Made by a program: the position numbers and the translations under genes
Shown here: one piece after another, positions 10,328 through 19,593 of the stretch
Layout: each line of letters opens with the position of its first letter
Numbering within the stretch: position 1 is the first letter of the stretch
Source: Vitreimonas sp.
GTDB lineage: Bacteria > Patescibacteriota > Microgenomatia > UBA1400 > PJMF01
DNA: 64,000 bases
Assembly: GCA_035627515.1 (NCBI GenBank)
Contig: DASPLQ010000012.1
Location: forward strand, 1,098,331 to 1,162,330
Direction: 5' to 3'
The notes under the pieces: generated by a model
What the model was told of the DNA's origin: nothing
Database searches by the model: none
Seen by the model: only the letters and a program-made list of their open reading frames with translations

Positions 10328-11077
10328 ATGAAAGAACCAATTGTTGCCGGAGTAACCTACCAACTTATGCAAATGGATCCAGAACTGGCTTTATTTGATG
10401 AAGGAAAGTGGGGAGGAACAGAAAGTGAGTTTTTAGCTTTTAATGACGCTGGTGTCGAGATGGAGGTTGGAGAGTTCTTTTACTCGATGGTTCGACTGCT
10501 AAAACCCAATCGCGTACTGGAGACAGGAACACACTGGGGTATTGGAGCTATGTATATGGGTATGGCTCTCAAGCACAATCAAAAAGGGAAGCTAACTACT
10601 ATTGAGTTTTTGCCACCAATCTTCGAGAAGGCCAAGGCTCGAATCGAACAGTTGGGGTTAGGGGAATATGTTGAAAATCTGCTTCAAGATGTGGTAACTT
10701 ATCAGCCTACAGAGAAGTTTCAATTTATATTGTTAGACACTGAGCCACAAACCCGATTTGCGGAGATGGGAAAGTTTTGGGATTCGCTTGATGAAGGTGG
10801 GTTCTTATTTATCCATGATTTGCACCGTCACATGCACCAAATTCCTAATGATGAGCACGGTTTTGCTTGGCCATATGGTCTAGTTACAGACTTTATGCAC
10901 AACCTGGTAATAAATGGAAAAGCTCGACCAATTCATTTTTCAACTCCTCGAGGTCTAACGGGATTTTATAAAGTTAGTCAAGCAGATTACAACTGGAGTC
11001 GAAGTGTTGTCCAATCATCTGTTCCTGGTCACTACCATAGTGGAAATAACATATCTATTGAAAGCAGTAATGTCTAG
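10328..11077 (+). CDS. class I SAM-dependent O-methyltransferase (TylF/MycF macrocin-O-methyltransferase-like)
   Basis: Motif I VLETGTHWGIGAMYMG; ORF track start 10301 overlaps the upstream gene, ATG at 10328 follows its stop. Confidence 0.55.
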   Translation: MKEPIVAGVTYQLMQMDPELALFDEGKWGGTESEFLAFNDAGVEMEVGEFFYSMVRLLKPNRVLETGTHWGIGAMYMGMALKHNQKGKLTTIEFLPPIFEKAKARIEQLGLGEYVENLLQDVVTYQPTEKFQFILLDTEPQTRFAEMGKFWDSLDEGGFLFIHDLHRHMHQIPNDEHGFAWPYGLVTDFMHNLVINGKARPIHFSTPRGLTGFYKVSQADYNWSRSVVQSSVPGHYHSGNNISIESSNV

Positions 11078-12134
11078 AACTGCCCTACTCCCTTCTTCTG
11101 GCGATCCCTTCTTATTAACCTTCTGGTTTGGTCAGTTCCTAAAGGTGTGGCAAAACGAGGTAGATGAGTTGATTATTCATTTAAATGGGTATGCTGAGGC
11201 AGAGGTGGTCGAGTATGTTCGGCAGATGGTATTGTTGAGCCCCAAGGCAAAGTTTATACACACACCCTCAACAGTTACTCATGGAAATTCGATTGATCTT
11301 ATGTTGGATGAGGTAAAAACGGATTTAGTGGTTTTGCTTGAAGAAGATGCCCCAATATTTAAACCTGGAACCATTGACTACTGCTTTAAATACATAGAAG
11401 AACAAGGCTATGAAGTAGTGGGGTCTAAGCGAGGCAGCTGTGCGTTAGAGATCTTAGAGCGGGCAAAAGAAGTGTGGGGCTTGGACTACTCTGGTTATGG
11501 TGATCAGGGGTGCAATTTTTGGCCTTGTTTTCTCTTCACTAAAACCCAAATTTTAAAAGATACTGACAGGAATTTTGACAGTAAACAATGGAAGGCTGGA
11601 ACCTATATTCCCGAGCTTGATTGGACCACTTCTACCGATGTACACGGCGACACCTTCGTTAATACTTCGCTACAACTTCGTGCGAAGAAATGCCGAATAA
11701 AAGAAATCCCACAATATCACTGTTATACCGACGACATGCCAGACTATGAAAAGAAAATGGGGATTTATGATGGTTATGCCCCATGGGTTCACATTGGTTC
11801 TCTCTCAAGTTGTTTTAATGGAGCTTTGGTTGATGATACCAATAGGGCACTGGGTAGAAGATTGGTTGAAGCACCCAAATCGGACTACCCTCTCCAGGCA
11901 AATACGGTAGGGGAGAAGCAAGAGTGGGAAAGAAGATTGGTTTGGCTTTCTATTGCATATTCGGGTTTTCACTCAAACGATTATTTAAGCAAAGAAACCA
12001 AAGACATTCTCAAAGTATTTTCAATTGAGTACGGAAATGCGCTAGAAAAAGCAGTCAGATATTTAGGACTAAATAAGGAGAGGATGTTCCAAAGAATGAA
12101 GATTTACTTGGAATTACTTAATAAATATGTTTGA
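11070..12134 (+). CDS. hypothetical protein in glycosylation cassette (possible glycosyltransferase)
   Basis: ~355 aa, 8-nt overlaps with both neighbours; no motif recognised by eye; ORF-track start 11004 replaced by in-frame ATG 11070. Confidence 0.35.
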   Translation: MSRTALLPSSGDPFLLTFWFGQFLKVWQNEVDELIIHLNGYAEAEVVEYVRQMVLLSPKAKFIHTPSTVTHGNSIDLMLDEVKTDLVVLLEEDAPIFKPGTIDYCFKYIEEQGYEVVGSKRGSCALEILERAKEVWGLDYSGYGDQGCNFWPCFLFTKTQILKDTDRNFDSKQWKAGTYIPELDWTTSTDVHGDTFVNTSLQLRAKKCRIKEIPQYHCYTDDMPDYEKKMGIYDGYAPWVHIGSLSSCFNGALVDDTNRALGRRLVEAPKSDYPLQANTVGEKQEWERRLVWLSIAYSGFHSNDYLSKETKDILKVFSIEYGNALEKAVRYLGLNKERMFQRMKIYLELLNKYV

Positions 12135-12837
12135 CCTCATCGTCACCTGGCCAACCCACTGCGATTATCCTATTTTCAGAAAGTTAATTAGAGAAAATAG
12201 AAAACGATTTGGAGAAGTAATCATCACATTTAGTGATGCAAACAATATCTTTAATAGAGTTGACTTTGTGAAGCAAACAATGAAAAAAGATGATGTTACT
12301 TTCTTGCGAGCTAACTCTAGGGGTGGTGATTGGAGAAATGAAGCAATTCAAGAATCTCTAAAAGAGAGTCAATCCAAGTGGGTTTTGTTTATTGAACAAG
12401 ATTTTATTATCCATAAGCCAGAGCAGTTTTTCTTCAATCTTAATATTGAAATGCCTAAATACGATGTTATTGGTTTTAAAGAAGGAGAGAGATTGCACCC
12501 TGGTTTCTTGTTAATTAGAAGAGAGTGCTTAAATCAGACCTGTCTAGATTTCGGGATAGTACCCAACAAACTTGATCATTTTGGTCTGATAACAAAAGAC
12601 ATTACTCGCCTTGGATTTAAGGTTGGGCTACTTGACGACTTAGGCCTTGAGAGAAAGAAGCACTATTATCACATGAATGGTTTGAGTCACAACCTAACTC
12701 TTATGCAGCAAGGCGAAAAAGTTACCTATCAGCCGGATATGTTCTTAAGTTACCTAAGAAGTTGTGCTCAAGCTGGCATCGAGCTTCCCAGCGACTTCTT
12801 TTTGTACTATCACCGTATGAAAGAAACAAATGCTTAA
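12127..12837 (+). CDS. hypothetical protein in glycosylation cassette (possible GT-A-like)
   Basis: 236 aa; VLFIEQDFII acidic motif reminiscent of a GT-A DxD region; overlapping start/stop coupling. Confidence 0.3.
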   Translation: MFDLIVTWPTHCDYPIFRKLIRENRKRFGEVIITFSDANNIFNRVDFVKQTMKKDDVTFLRANSRGGDWRNEAIQESLKESQSKWVLFIEQDFIIHKPEQFFFNLNIEMPKYDVIGFKEGERLHPGFLLIRRECLNQTCLDFGIVPNKLDHFGLITKDITRLGFKVGLLDDLGLERKKHYYHMNGLSHNLTLMQQGEKVTYQPDMFLSYLRSCAQAGIELPSDFFLYYHRMKETNA

Positions 12838-13924
12838 AGTTTTTGCCGACTTTCATCACGCATCCCTATTACACTCGCTGATCATGGTTTTTGAGGGTAG
12901 ATTTGGTGGTGAGTTATATCGACCAATAGGGATTGAGTGGGCTGAAAAAGGATTTTGGAAAGTATTCGACCACCCTGCTACTCAACAACAGTATTTGGCA
13001 ATCGGCGGCGCGACACCAGATGGAACTAAACCTCTCAACGAAGTAGAAAGCTCAGAGGCCTGGTCAAATAGGATCCCATCTGATCATGTGTACCATTGCA
13101 AAGATATTGATAGTGGTTTTACCAATAAAGCGATCACATTTGATGGCTTTATGTCAATGCCATTTGACTTTGTGATTGCTTCACTACCTCAACACATTGA
13201 ACCATTTCGTAAGCTTTGTGACCTACATCCTAGCAAACCAAAGCTTATTTATCAAATTGGAAATCAATGGAATATTGAACCCCACTTCGCTCACATGATT
13301 AATGGAGTAATGGCATCTGCTCAAGTTGTTCACAATTACCCCGTAAGAACTATTCAATACCATCAAGAGTTTGACCTCAAAACCTTTTACCCACATAAAT
13401 TTGAGGGCACTAATGAGATACCCAAGGAAAAAACAGCTTACAGTTTCATTAACGTACATCAAGACATGCCAGACTACAGTCTCTTTCTCTCCTTAGAGGC
13501 AAGTAGACCAGACTGGAATTTTAAAACTTATGGGGGTCAATGCAGAGACGGATCGATGGATGGCAGTGAGCAGCTGGCTAACAAAATGAGAGAGGCGATG
13601 TTCATTTGGCACGTTAAAGCAGGTGGAGATGGGTATGGTCATGTTTTATACAATGCAGCTGCTATAGGCAGGCCTGTTATTGTTAAAAAATCATACTACT
13701 CTGGCAAACTAGGTGAAGAACTATTAATTGATGGTAAAACGTGCATTGATGTTGACGGTCTAAATTTAGACCAGATTTGGTCTAAGCTAGACCATTATAG
13801 TCAACCTGAGCAGTACATAGCTATGAATGAAAATGTGATTAGTAACTTTAAAGAGAAAGTAAATTTTGATTCAGACGCCCTGAAAATCAAGTCATTTTTA
13901 GATAATTTGTTAGAAATCTATTAA
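12830..13924 (+). CDS. hypothetical protein, possible GT-B-like glycosyltransferase
   Basis: 364 aa; C-terminal GGDGYGHVLYNAAAIGRPVIV resembles a GT-B sugar-nucleotide binding segment. Confidence 0.3.
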   Translation: MLKVFADFHHASLLHSLIMVFEGRFGGELYRPIGIEWAEKGFWKVFDHPATQQQYLAIGGATPDGTKPLNEVESSEAWSNRIPSDHVYHCKDIDSGFTNKAITFDGFMSMPFDFVIASLPQHIEPFRKLCDLHPSKPKLIYQIGNQWNIEPHFAHMINGVMASAQVVHNYPVRTIQYHQEFDLKTFYPHKFEGTNEIPKEKTAYSFINVHQDMPDYSLFLSLEASRPDWNFKTYGGQCRDGSMDGSEQLANKMREAMFIWHVKAGGDGYGHVLYNAAAIGRPVIVKKSYYSGKLGEELLIDGKTCIDVDGLNLDQIWSKLDHYSQPEQYIAMNENVISNFKEKVNFDSDALKIKSFLDNLLEIY

Positions 13925-14054
13925 TTTGCCCAAAACTCCCTTTTTTTGCTAAAGATTGCCAAGGTTTGCGAAATTTCTTTAGCTATCTCCTGTTGCTAAA
14001 CTTATTTTAATGAAACCTTGTGTTGAAGTATTCAATAGGTAAAAGGTAAAAAAT

Positions 14055-14606
14055 ATGGCAGCAACATTCGCATTCGACAGAGATCACGGTACACAAACTG
14101 GCTCACCTACTCGTGGAACCACTACTAGCGCTGGTGTTACTGACGTAAACTGGAAGAATTCCGACACAGAAGCAACTGCGTACTCCGCTGCCCCGATCAC
14201 TGCAGGTAACAACTCTTATGATAATTGGCTTTTTGGTCATTTCTCTGGTACTTACAACCAAATCTCAGCGGGACTTTGGGCTCACACCGCAACGGCATTT
14301 GGTACAGGATTAACTCTAAAGAGCACTCCAGCTTGCACTGGCGATGGTGACCGCTTACTGTATACAACTCCCTCTGCTTCAGCTAACGCTAACTTAACCG
14401 TCGATGCCACCTCAGCAATTGCCATTGGGTCGGGAGTAGCAGTATTTTTCGGCGCAACTGGTCCCTATGCTACAGGCAAAGCCTCTTCAACGACTTCAAA
14501 CCCAGCGTACACCAACTATCTGACTACTCAATTGCAAACATCGGGTAGTGCAGCAGCTGGTGATACAGCAACCGTCACCATGACTTTGCAATACAACGAA
14601 AACTAA
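14055..14606 (+). CDS. Thr/Ser/Ala/Gly-rich virion structural protein (decoration or minor capsid protein candidate)
   Basis: 183 aa, very low complexity in hydroxyl residues (TTTSAGVTD, KASSTTSNPAYTNYLTTQLQTSGSAAAGDTATVTMTL); preceded by the conserved intergenic motif. Confidence 0.4.
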   Translation: MAATFAFDRDHGTQTGSPTRGTTTSAGVTDVNWKNSDTEATAYSAAPITAGNNSYDNWLFGHFSGTYNQISAGLWAHTATAFGTGLTLKSTPACTGDGDRLLYTTPSASANANLTVDATSAIAIGSGVAVFFGATGPYATGKASSTTSNPAYTNYLTTQLQTSGSAAAGDTATVTMTLQYNEN

Positions 14607-14613
14607 GGAATAT

Positions 14614-14853
14614 ATGGAAAAACTAATCTTTAACGCTCAACTCCAAAAAGAAACCACTCACACTCTTGAGGTTGACGATAACAACGAAATTGTAGCTACC
14701 TGCACTGAAACAGGCCGACAACTGAAATTCCCTAACGTTTCTGAAGCAGAATTTGATGTTTTGGTTGCCAAACATAATGAGTCTAATGTTGGTCAAAGAG
14801 CAAAGAAACCTTTATTTGGAGGTGCTACTGAGGAAGCTTCTCAACCCGAATAA
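14614..14853 (+). CDS. hypothetical phage protein
   Basis: 79-aa ORF with RBS GGAA; position only. Confidence 0.35.
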   Translation: MEKLIFNAQLQKETTHTLEVDDNNEIVATCTETGRQLKFPNVSEAEFDVLVAKHNESNVGQRAKKPLFGGATEEASQPE

Positions 14854-14925
14854 CATGCTTGAAGGCTTATCAAAAGGCGTTTAGTCAAAAACACATCGCA
14901 ATGCAATGCGAGAAAGCCCAATACA

Positions 14926-15393
14926 ATGGCAACACAATTCGGTGATAAAAAACTCAAACTTAAATATCTTTTCACAGCATTTTTTGAAGATGGTCATGTC
15001 ATAAGTCAAACTCCGGAAGATGTTTCAACAATAGATCCAGAAAAAAGATCCGCTTTTTTTGATGTACTTGAGTATGAAAAAAAATCAAAATTGATGGCAT
15101 TTAACTTACTTAATCCTGTGCTTAAAGAATATATTGAAGTGAATTTGAATACAGGCGAATTTGATGTTCACGGCATAAAAATCAATATTGCAGATCAAAA
15201 CTTCGAACCCACCGAACCATTAAGACTTGTTTACTTTCGAGAAACTCGTATCGAAAGCGATGTAAAGATGATAGCTGGTCAAAAAGATGATTTATTGGCT
15301 CAAAGGTTTTACGTTAATAATTACTTCATTGGATGGCAAACCACCGTAGATGGTAAGAATGTTCAACGGACTATTGCGTTAGGCGGTACATGA
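14926..15393 (+). CDS. hypothetical phage structural protein
   Basis: 155 aa; overlaps the start of the next gene (ATGA). Confidence 0.35.
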   Translation: MATQFGDKKLKLKYLFTAFFEDGHVISQTPEDVSTIDPEKRSAFFDVLEYEKKSKLMAFNLLNPVLKEYIEVNLNTGEFDVHGIKINIADQNFEPTEPLRLVYFRETRIESDVKMIAGQKDDLLAQRFYVNNYFIGWQTTVDGKNVQRTIALGGT

Positions 15394-17855
15394 AGCAAGT
15401 AGCCACTGGAAGAAACGGGAATAACCTTGTAAATAACGCCACACGTTATAACCCTCTATTTTTTCCCGACCTTCAGTCAGGTTATTCAGCAACCGCTACA
15501 GACTTTGAACAGATCATCCCTTCTACTGGAAAACTTAGAAATCTTAAAGTAAAGATAGATGCAGTTGCTGGCGCAGCTAAAAGCTACACATTCACTGTTA
15601 TGGTTAATGGCGTTGCTTCTTCATTGGCGGTAACCATTTCTGGAGCAACCGACACAAGGGGGTTAGACACTGACGAAATTTCTGTCAGTGCCGGCGATCG
15701 TGTCAACCTTCGAACTACTGCTTCTGGTACCCCTACAGCCACCCCTTCCTCGTGGTCGGTTGAGTATGAATCTGACACCGCACAAAGATTTATAGTTATG
15801 GGTGCATCAGGGGGAAACGTAGATGCGGCTGGCACAAGATATAATGCTCTTTTTCCCCGTCAAAACATTTGGCAGTCTGCCTCCACGACTTATCTTGTAA
15901 GATCTGTAGCCCCTATTGAGGCTACTATTAAATCTTTCTATGTCAATTTAAATGGATCTCCAGGGGCGGGAAAGAGCTATGCAATTTCTATTATGAAGAA
16001 CAACTCGGAAGAGGCTTCTTCAATTGTAACAATTGCCGATGCTGCTACATCTGGAAATGTCACTGGTTTGAGCATCAACGTGGCTCGGGGAGACTATTTC
16101 ACAATAAAGGTAACACCTACGGGCACTCCAACTGCTCGTCAAGTAAGATGGGGTGTTGAATTTCAGCCCGACACTGATGGTGAAAGTTTTATTTCCTCTT
16201 CTACAGATCACTCTTTTGGCACCGACCACTATGCGGGTATGGGAAGTGTTCCCAATGATGGTGGCACTGAAAGTCAAGTCAAGGGTATCGTAGGACCAAC
16301 AGCATACGTAATCAAAGATTTGTACGTTAAATTGTTACTGGCCCCAGGTGCGAGTAAGAGCACCGACGTTTATTTTCGCGTTAATGGATCAAGCACTGCT
16401 CTGTCAGCTTCCATAAGTGGCACCAACACCGTGGGTGAAGACACTACCGACGAAATTACGCCTGCAGAAAACGATGAAATAAACTTTTTCATTGACAACG
16501 TGAATACACCAGCCCACTCGGGTGAGTTAATGAGTGTAATTCAATATATTGCTCCTGGCGGAGGTGATGTCACAACACCTCAAACAATTACAGGTAAAGC
16601 TAGGATAGAGAAAGCGGTAAGTCAAACCGTGACAGGTAAGGCGAGAATTCAAAAAGCAGTAACTCAGACTATTGCCGGTCTAGCCAGAATCACTACCTCG
16701 GTTGCTAGAACTATTAATGGTGTGGCAAACATCAACAATAATACTTTACAAACCATCACTGGCAAGGCGAGGGTTCAGAAGGCAGTAACCCAGACAATTC
16801 AGGGCATAGCCCGCATCACAGTTTCCACCCTCCAAACTATTCAAGGTAAAGCTTCAATTCTTAAATCAACCACCCAGAATGTCCAAGGGGTCGCTCGAAT
16901 TGAAAAAAATGTTACACAGATTGTCCAAGGTGTAAGTCGTATTCAAAAAGCAGTGACGCAAACAATCCAGGGTGTAGCGCGAATCACCGCGTCAGCCTCT
17001 CAAGTCATTCAGGGAAAAGCACGAATCACGGCAAGTACAAGTCAAACGATGCAAGGCAAAGCCAGTATCTTAAAGTCAGTTTCTCGCACTATTGATGGTG
17101 TTGCTTCGATCGTAGCTGGTGCTACTCGTGATATTACAGGTGTGGCCCGCATCACTGCTTCAACTCTTCGCACGGTTACTGGTAAAGCATCGATTCTCAA
17201 AGCTGTCACACAAACGATTCAAGGAACTGCCCGGATTCAAAAGTCAGTTACTCAAACAGTACAGGGCGTTGCCCGGATTGCCAAAGATGTAACCCAAACA
17301 ATTACGGGCAAATCAAGAATTGAAAAGAGCGTGGCACAAACCGTGACGGGCTTAGCTCGAATTGAGAAAGCCGTCACTCAGCTAATTACGGGCTTAGCTC
17401 GAATCACGGCAAGTACAAGTCAAGCGATTCAGGGTAAGGCCCGTATTGAAAAATCAGTAACCCAAACAATTACAGGAAAATCACGCGTTGAAAAATCCAC
17501 AGCGCAGAACATTGTGGGTGTCTCTCGATTACAAAAGGCTGTCAGTCAATTAATTACGGGCTTAGCCAGAATTCAAACCACTCCTACCCAAACCATTCAG
17601 GGGACTTCCCGAATTGAAAAGTCTCAGAGCCAGATCATAACTGGTGTCTCAAAAATTTCTGCTGTTGTTCAAAGAACAATCACGGGTAAAGCTTCCGTTT
17701 TGTCACCTTACCAAACCCAAACTATCTCTGGCAAAGCATACATTTTGAAAAGACGTTGGAACCTCAAGAGGGTTGTAACATGGTATAGTAAAAATACACC
17801 TATTTGGTCTATCAAAACTAATCAAATCTGGTACAAAAGGAGCACAACAGAATAA
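15390..17855 (+). CDS. large repeat-containing fiber/decoration protein (3 tandem ~115-aa domains + ~26 x 15-aa repeats)
   Basis: 821 aa; three paralogous N-terminal domains each ending in ...TPTGTPTA...W..E..D; C-terminal array of xTQTIxGxARIxKxV 15-mers from about nt 16566 to 17760. Confidence 0.6.
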   Translation: MKQVATGRNGNNLVNNATRYNPLFFPDLQSGYSATATDFEQIIPSTGKLRNLKVKIDAVAGAAKSYTFTVMVNGVASSLAVTISGATDTRGLDTDEISVSAGDRVNLRTTASGTPTATPSSWSVEYESDTAQRFIVMGASGGNVDAAGTRYNALFPRQNIWQSASTTYLVRSVAPIEATIKSFYVNLNGSPGAGKSYAISIMKNNSEEASSIVTIADAATSGNVTGLSINVARGDYFTIKVTPTGTPTARQVRWGVEFQPDTDGESFISSSTDHSFGTDHYAGMGSVPNDGGTESQVKGIVGPTAYVIKDLYVKLLLAPGASKSTDVYFRVNGSSTALSASISGTNTVGEDTTDEITPAENDEINFFIDNVNTPAHSGELMSVIQYIAPGGGDVTTPQTITGKARIEKAVSQTVTGKARIQKAVTQTIAGLARITTSVARTINGVANINNNTLQTITGKARVQKAVTQTIQGIARITVSTLQTIQGKASILKSTTQNVQGVARIEKNVTQIVQGVSRIQKAVTQTIQGVARITASASQVIQGKARITASTSQTMQGKASILKSVSRTIDGVASIVAGATRDITGVARITASTLRTVTGKASILKAVTQTIQGTARIQKSVTQTVQGVARIAKDVTQTITGKSRIEKSVAQTVTGLARIEKAVTQLITGLARITASTSQAIQGKARIEKSVTQTITGKSRVEKSTAQNIVGVSRLQKAVSQLITGLARIQTTPTQTIQGTSRIEKSQSQIITGVSKISAVVQRTITGKASVLSPYQTQTISGKAYILKRRWNLKRVVTWYSKNTPIWSIKTNQIWYKRSTTE

Positions 17856-17859
17856 CTAT

Positions 17860-18555
17860 ATGTCATCACGTCGTCAATATTTAGCACAATCAGAACTCGT
17901 AGAGTTCGCAAACATCACCATCGAAGATGCCACAGAGGCCGATGATCAGATTTCTCAAGCGGAAGAGTTAATCGATTCCTATGTTGGTTTTGTCCAACCA
18001 TTTTTTTGCGGAAAATTAGAGGGTAAAGCTTTTGCGGGATCAGCAACATCTATTACTCTAGAGAGTGTTCACCAAAATGCGTATGATGACAATTACTTCA
18101 CCTATTGTTTCGTTGAAATCATTGGTGGGACAGGTGCGGGTCAAAGACAAAAAATTACTGCTTCAACTAAGGCAGGAGTACTAACTACAGAGACATTTTC
18201 AACCCCACCAGACAGTACTTCATTTTATCGTATTTTTCAGTTGGGTAAGTTTCCTCGAGAGAAAGATGTGACTTCCTACAATCGAACAGCACCTACAACT
18301 TACTATAAGAGTATTCCTGAGGCAGTTAAGAGAGCAACTGCCGCACAAGTTGAATATAAGATTGAAATGGGAGAAAAGTTCTTCTCTACAGACTCTAGCG
18401 ACAAAACATCAGAAAGTTTGGGTGACTATTCCTACACTAAAGAGGGTCGTGGTGATCAGGGAATTGGTAATAAATTAATAGCACCTAAGGCAAGAAACTT
18501 ACTCAGAGGATTAGTCGTTAGATTTGGACAATTTGATCTAGAAAACACCATATGA
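17860..18555 (+). CDS. head-tail connector / DNA-packaging gp6-like protein (putative)
   Basis: 231 aa, first gene of the head-tail joining block; position-based. Confidence 0.35.
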   Translation: MSSRRQYLAQSELVEFANITIEDATEADDQISQAEELIDSYVGFVQPFFCGKLEGKAFAGSATSITLESVHQNAYDDNYFTYCFVEIIGGTGAGQRQKITASTKAGVLTTETFSTPPDSTSFYRIFQLGKFPREKDVTSYNRTAPTTYYKSIPEAVKRATAAQVEYKIEMGEKFFSTDSSDKTSESLGDYSYTKEGRGDQGIGNKLIAPKARNLLRGLVVRFGQFDLENTI

Positions 18556-18869
18556 TAAGCCAACTTCAGAACCAGACTGTTACTTTATATTCTAAATCCA
18601 GTTTAGATCGGTATGGTCGTGAAGCGTTTGGAGCAACTAGAACATACAAGGTAAGAATACAAGAAGTTTCTAAATCAAAATTCCTTGGGAACGGCCAAGT
18701 TGTACCAGTTCTTGCAATTGCCTATTTTGCTCCCGAGGTCACAATTAATGTTGATGATCGAGTGGATTACGGAAGCAATAACTATAAAGTATTTGGGAAA
18801 AATGTAGCCTATGGGGCTGACGGAACAGCTCATCACATTAAAGTGGAATTAATCAAATGGCAAATGTAA
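18552..18869 (+). CDS. head-tail adaptor / head closure protein (putative)
   Basis: 105 aa, overlapping coupling; canonical position. Confidence 0.3.
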   Translation: MISQLQNQTVTLYSKSSLDRYGREAFGATRTYKVRIQEVSKSKFLGNGQVVPVLAIAYFAPEVTINVDDRVDYGSNNYKVFGKNVAYGADGTAHHIKVELIKWQM

Positions 18870-19213
18870 ATTTAGACATTAGTGACTTTTTGAAAAAATC
18901 AGGAGACTTGCTGAACAAAGTTATTAAAAGCAGTCCTGAAGCTCTTGAGGTGGTTGCTGATGAGATATTACGACTTTCCCAAAGAGAAGTTCCTCACGAT
19001 GAGGGTGGTCTCCAGAACAGCGGACATGTAGAACCGAGAAGTGAGGAGGTGTTGGTGGGTTACAACAAACCCTATGCTGCTCGGCTACATGAACATCCAG
19101 AATATAACTTCCAAAAAGGAAGAAAAGGGAAATATCTTGAGGATCCAATTAAAAACAATTTAAATATTTTTAGAATGATGTTCTCTCAAGATTTATCAGG
19201 AGCATTTAAATGA
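18857..19213 (+). CDS. head-tail joining protein (HK97 gp10-like, putative)
   Basis: 118 aa; canonical position. Confidence 0.3.
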   Translation: MANVNLDISDFLKKSGDLLNKVIKSSPEALEVVADEILRLSQREVPHDEGGLQNSGHVEPRSEEVLVGYNKPYAARLHEHPEYNFQKGRKGKYLEDPIKNNLNIFRMMFSQDLSGAFK

Positions 19214-19593
19214 GTAGTTTGATAACTGATATTGTCGATTATTTAGATGACCAGGGCATTGGAACCACAGGTACTAATTTATTTGAAGGCTATATTCCTG
19301 ACGCACCAGATACTTGTATTGCTGTGCTGAATACCGGTGGAACCAGGCCTGATCCAGACATTCCTACTAAGTCACCAACCTTTCAGGTATTTATTAGAGC
19401 AACAAGTTTCGCAGCGGGACAATCTAGATTAGACCAGGTGCGAGAAGCTCTTCATAGACAGTCAAATATAGAGTTTGTTACTGACGAAACCTATGTTTAC
19501 TACGTTTTAGCACTTGCAGAGGGCGGTCATGTGGGTAGAGATGAAAATGGAAGAGATTTATTTAGTATTAATTTTAAGGCACTCACCAGATGA
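19210..19593 (+). CDS. tail completion / tail terminator protein (putative)
   Basis: 127 aa; canonical position before the tail tube gene. Confidence 0.3.
   Translation: MSSLITDIVDYLDDQGIGTTGTNLFEGYIPDAPDTCIAVLNTGGTRPDPDIPTKSPTFQVFIRATSFAAGQSRLDQVREALHRQSNIEFVTDETYVYYVLALAEGGHVGRDENGRDLFSINFKALTR

Noticed and set aside
16566-17760. Regular 45-nt tandem periodicity that could look like a CRISPR array or a non-coding satellite
   Set aside because: The repeats are entirely inside one long ORF, in frame, and separated by no spacers. Each copy is a synonymous-diverged codon version of the same 15-aa unit, so it is a protein repeat, not a CRISPR array.
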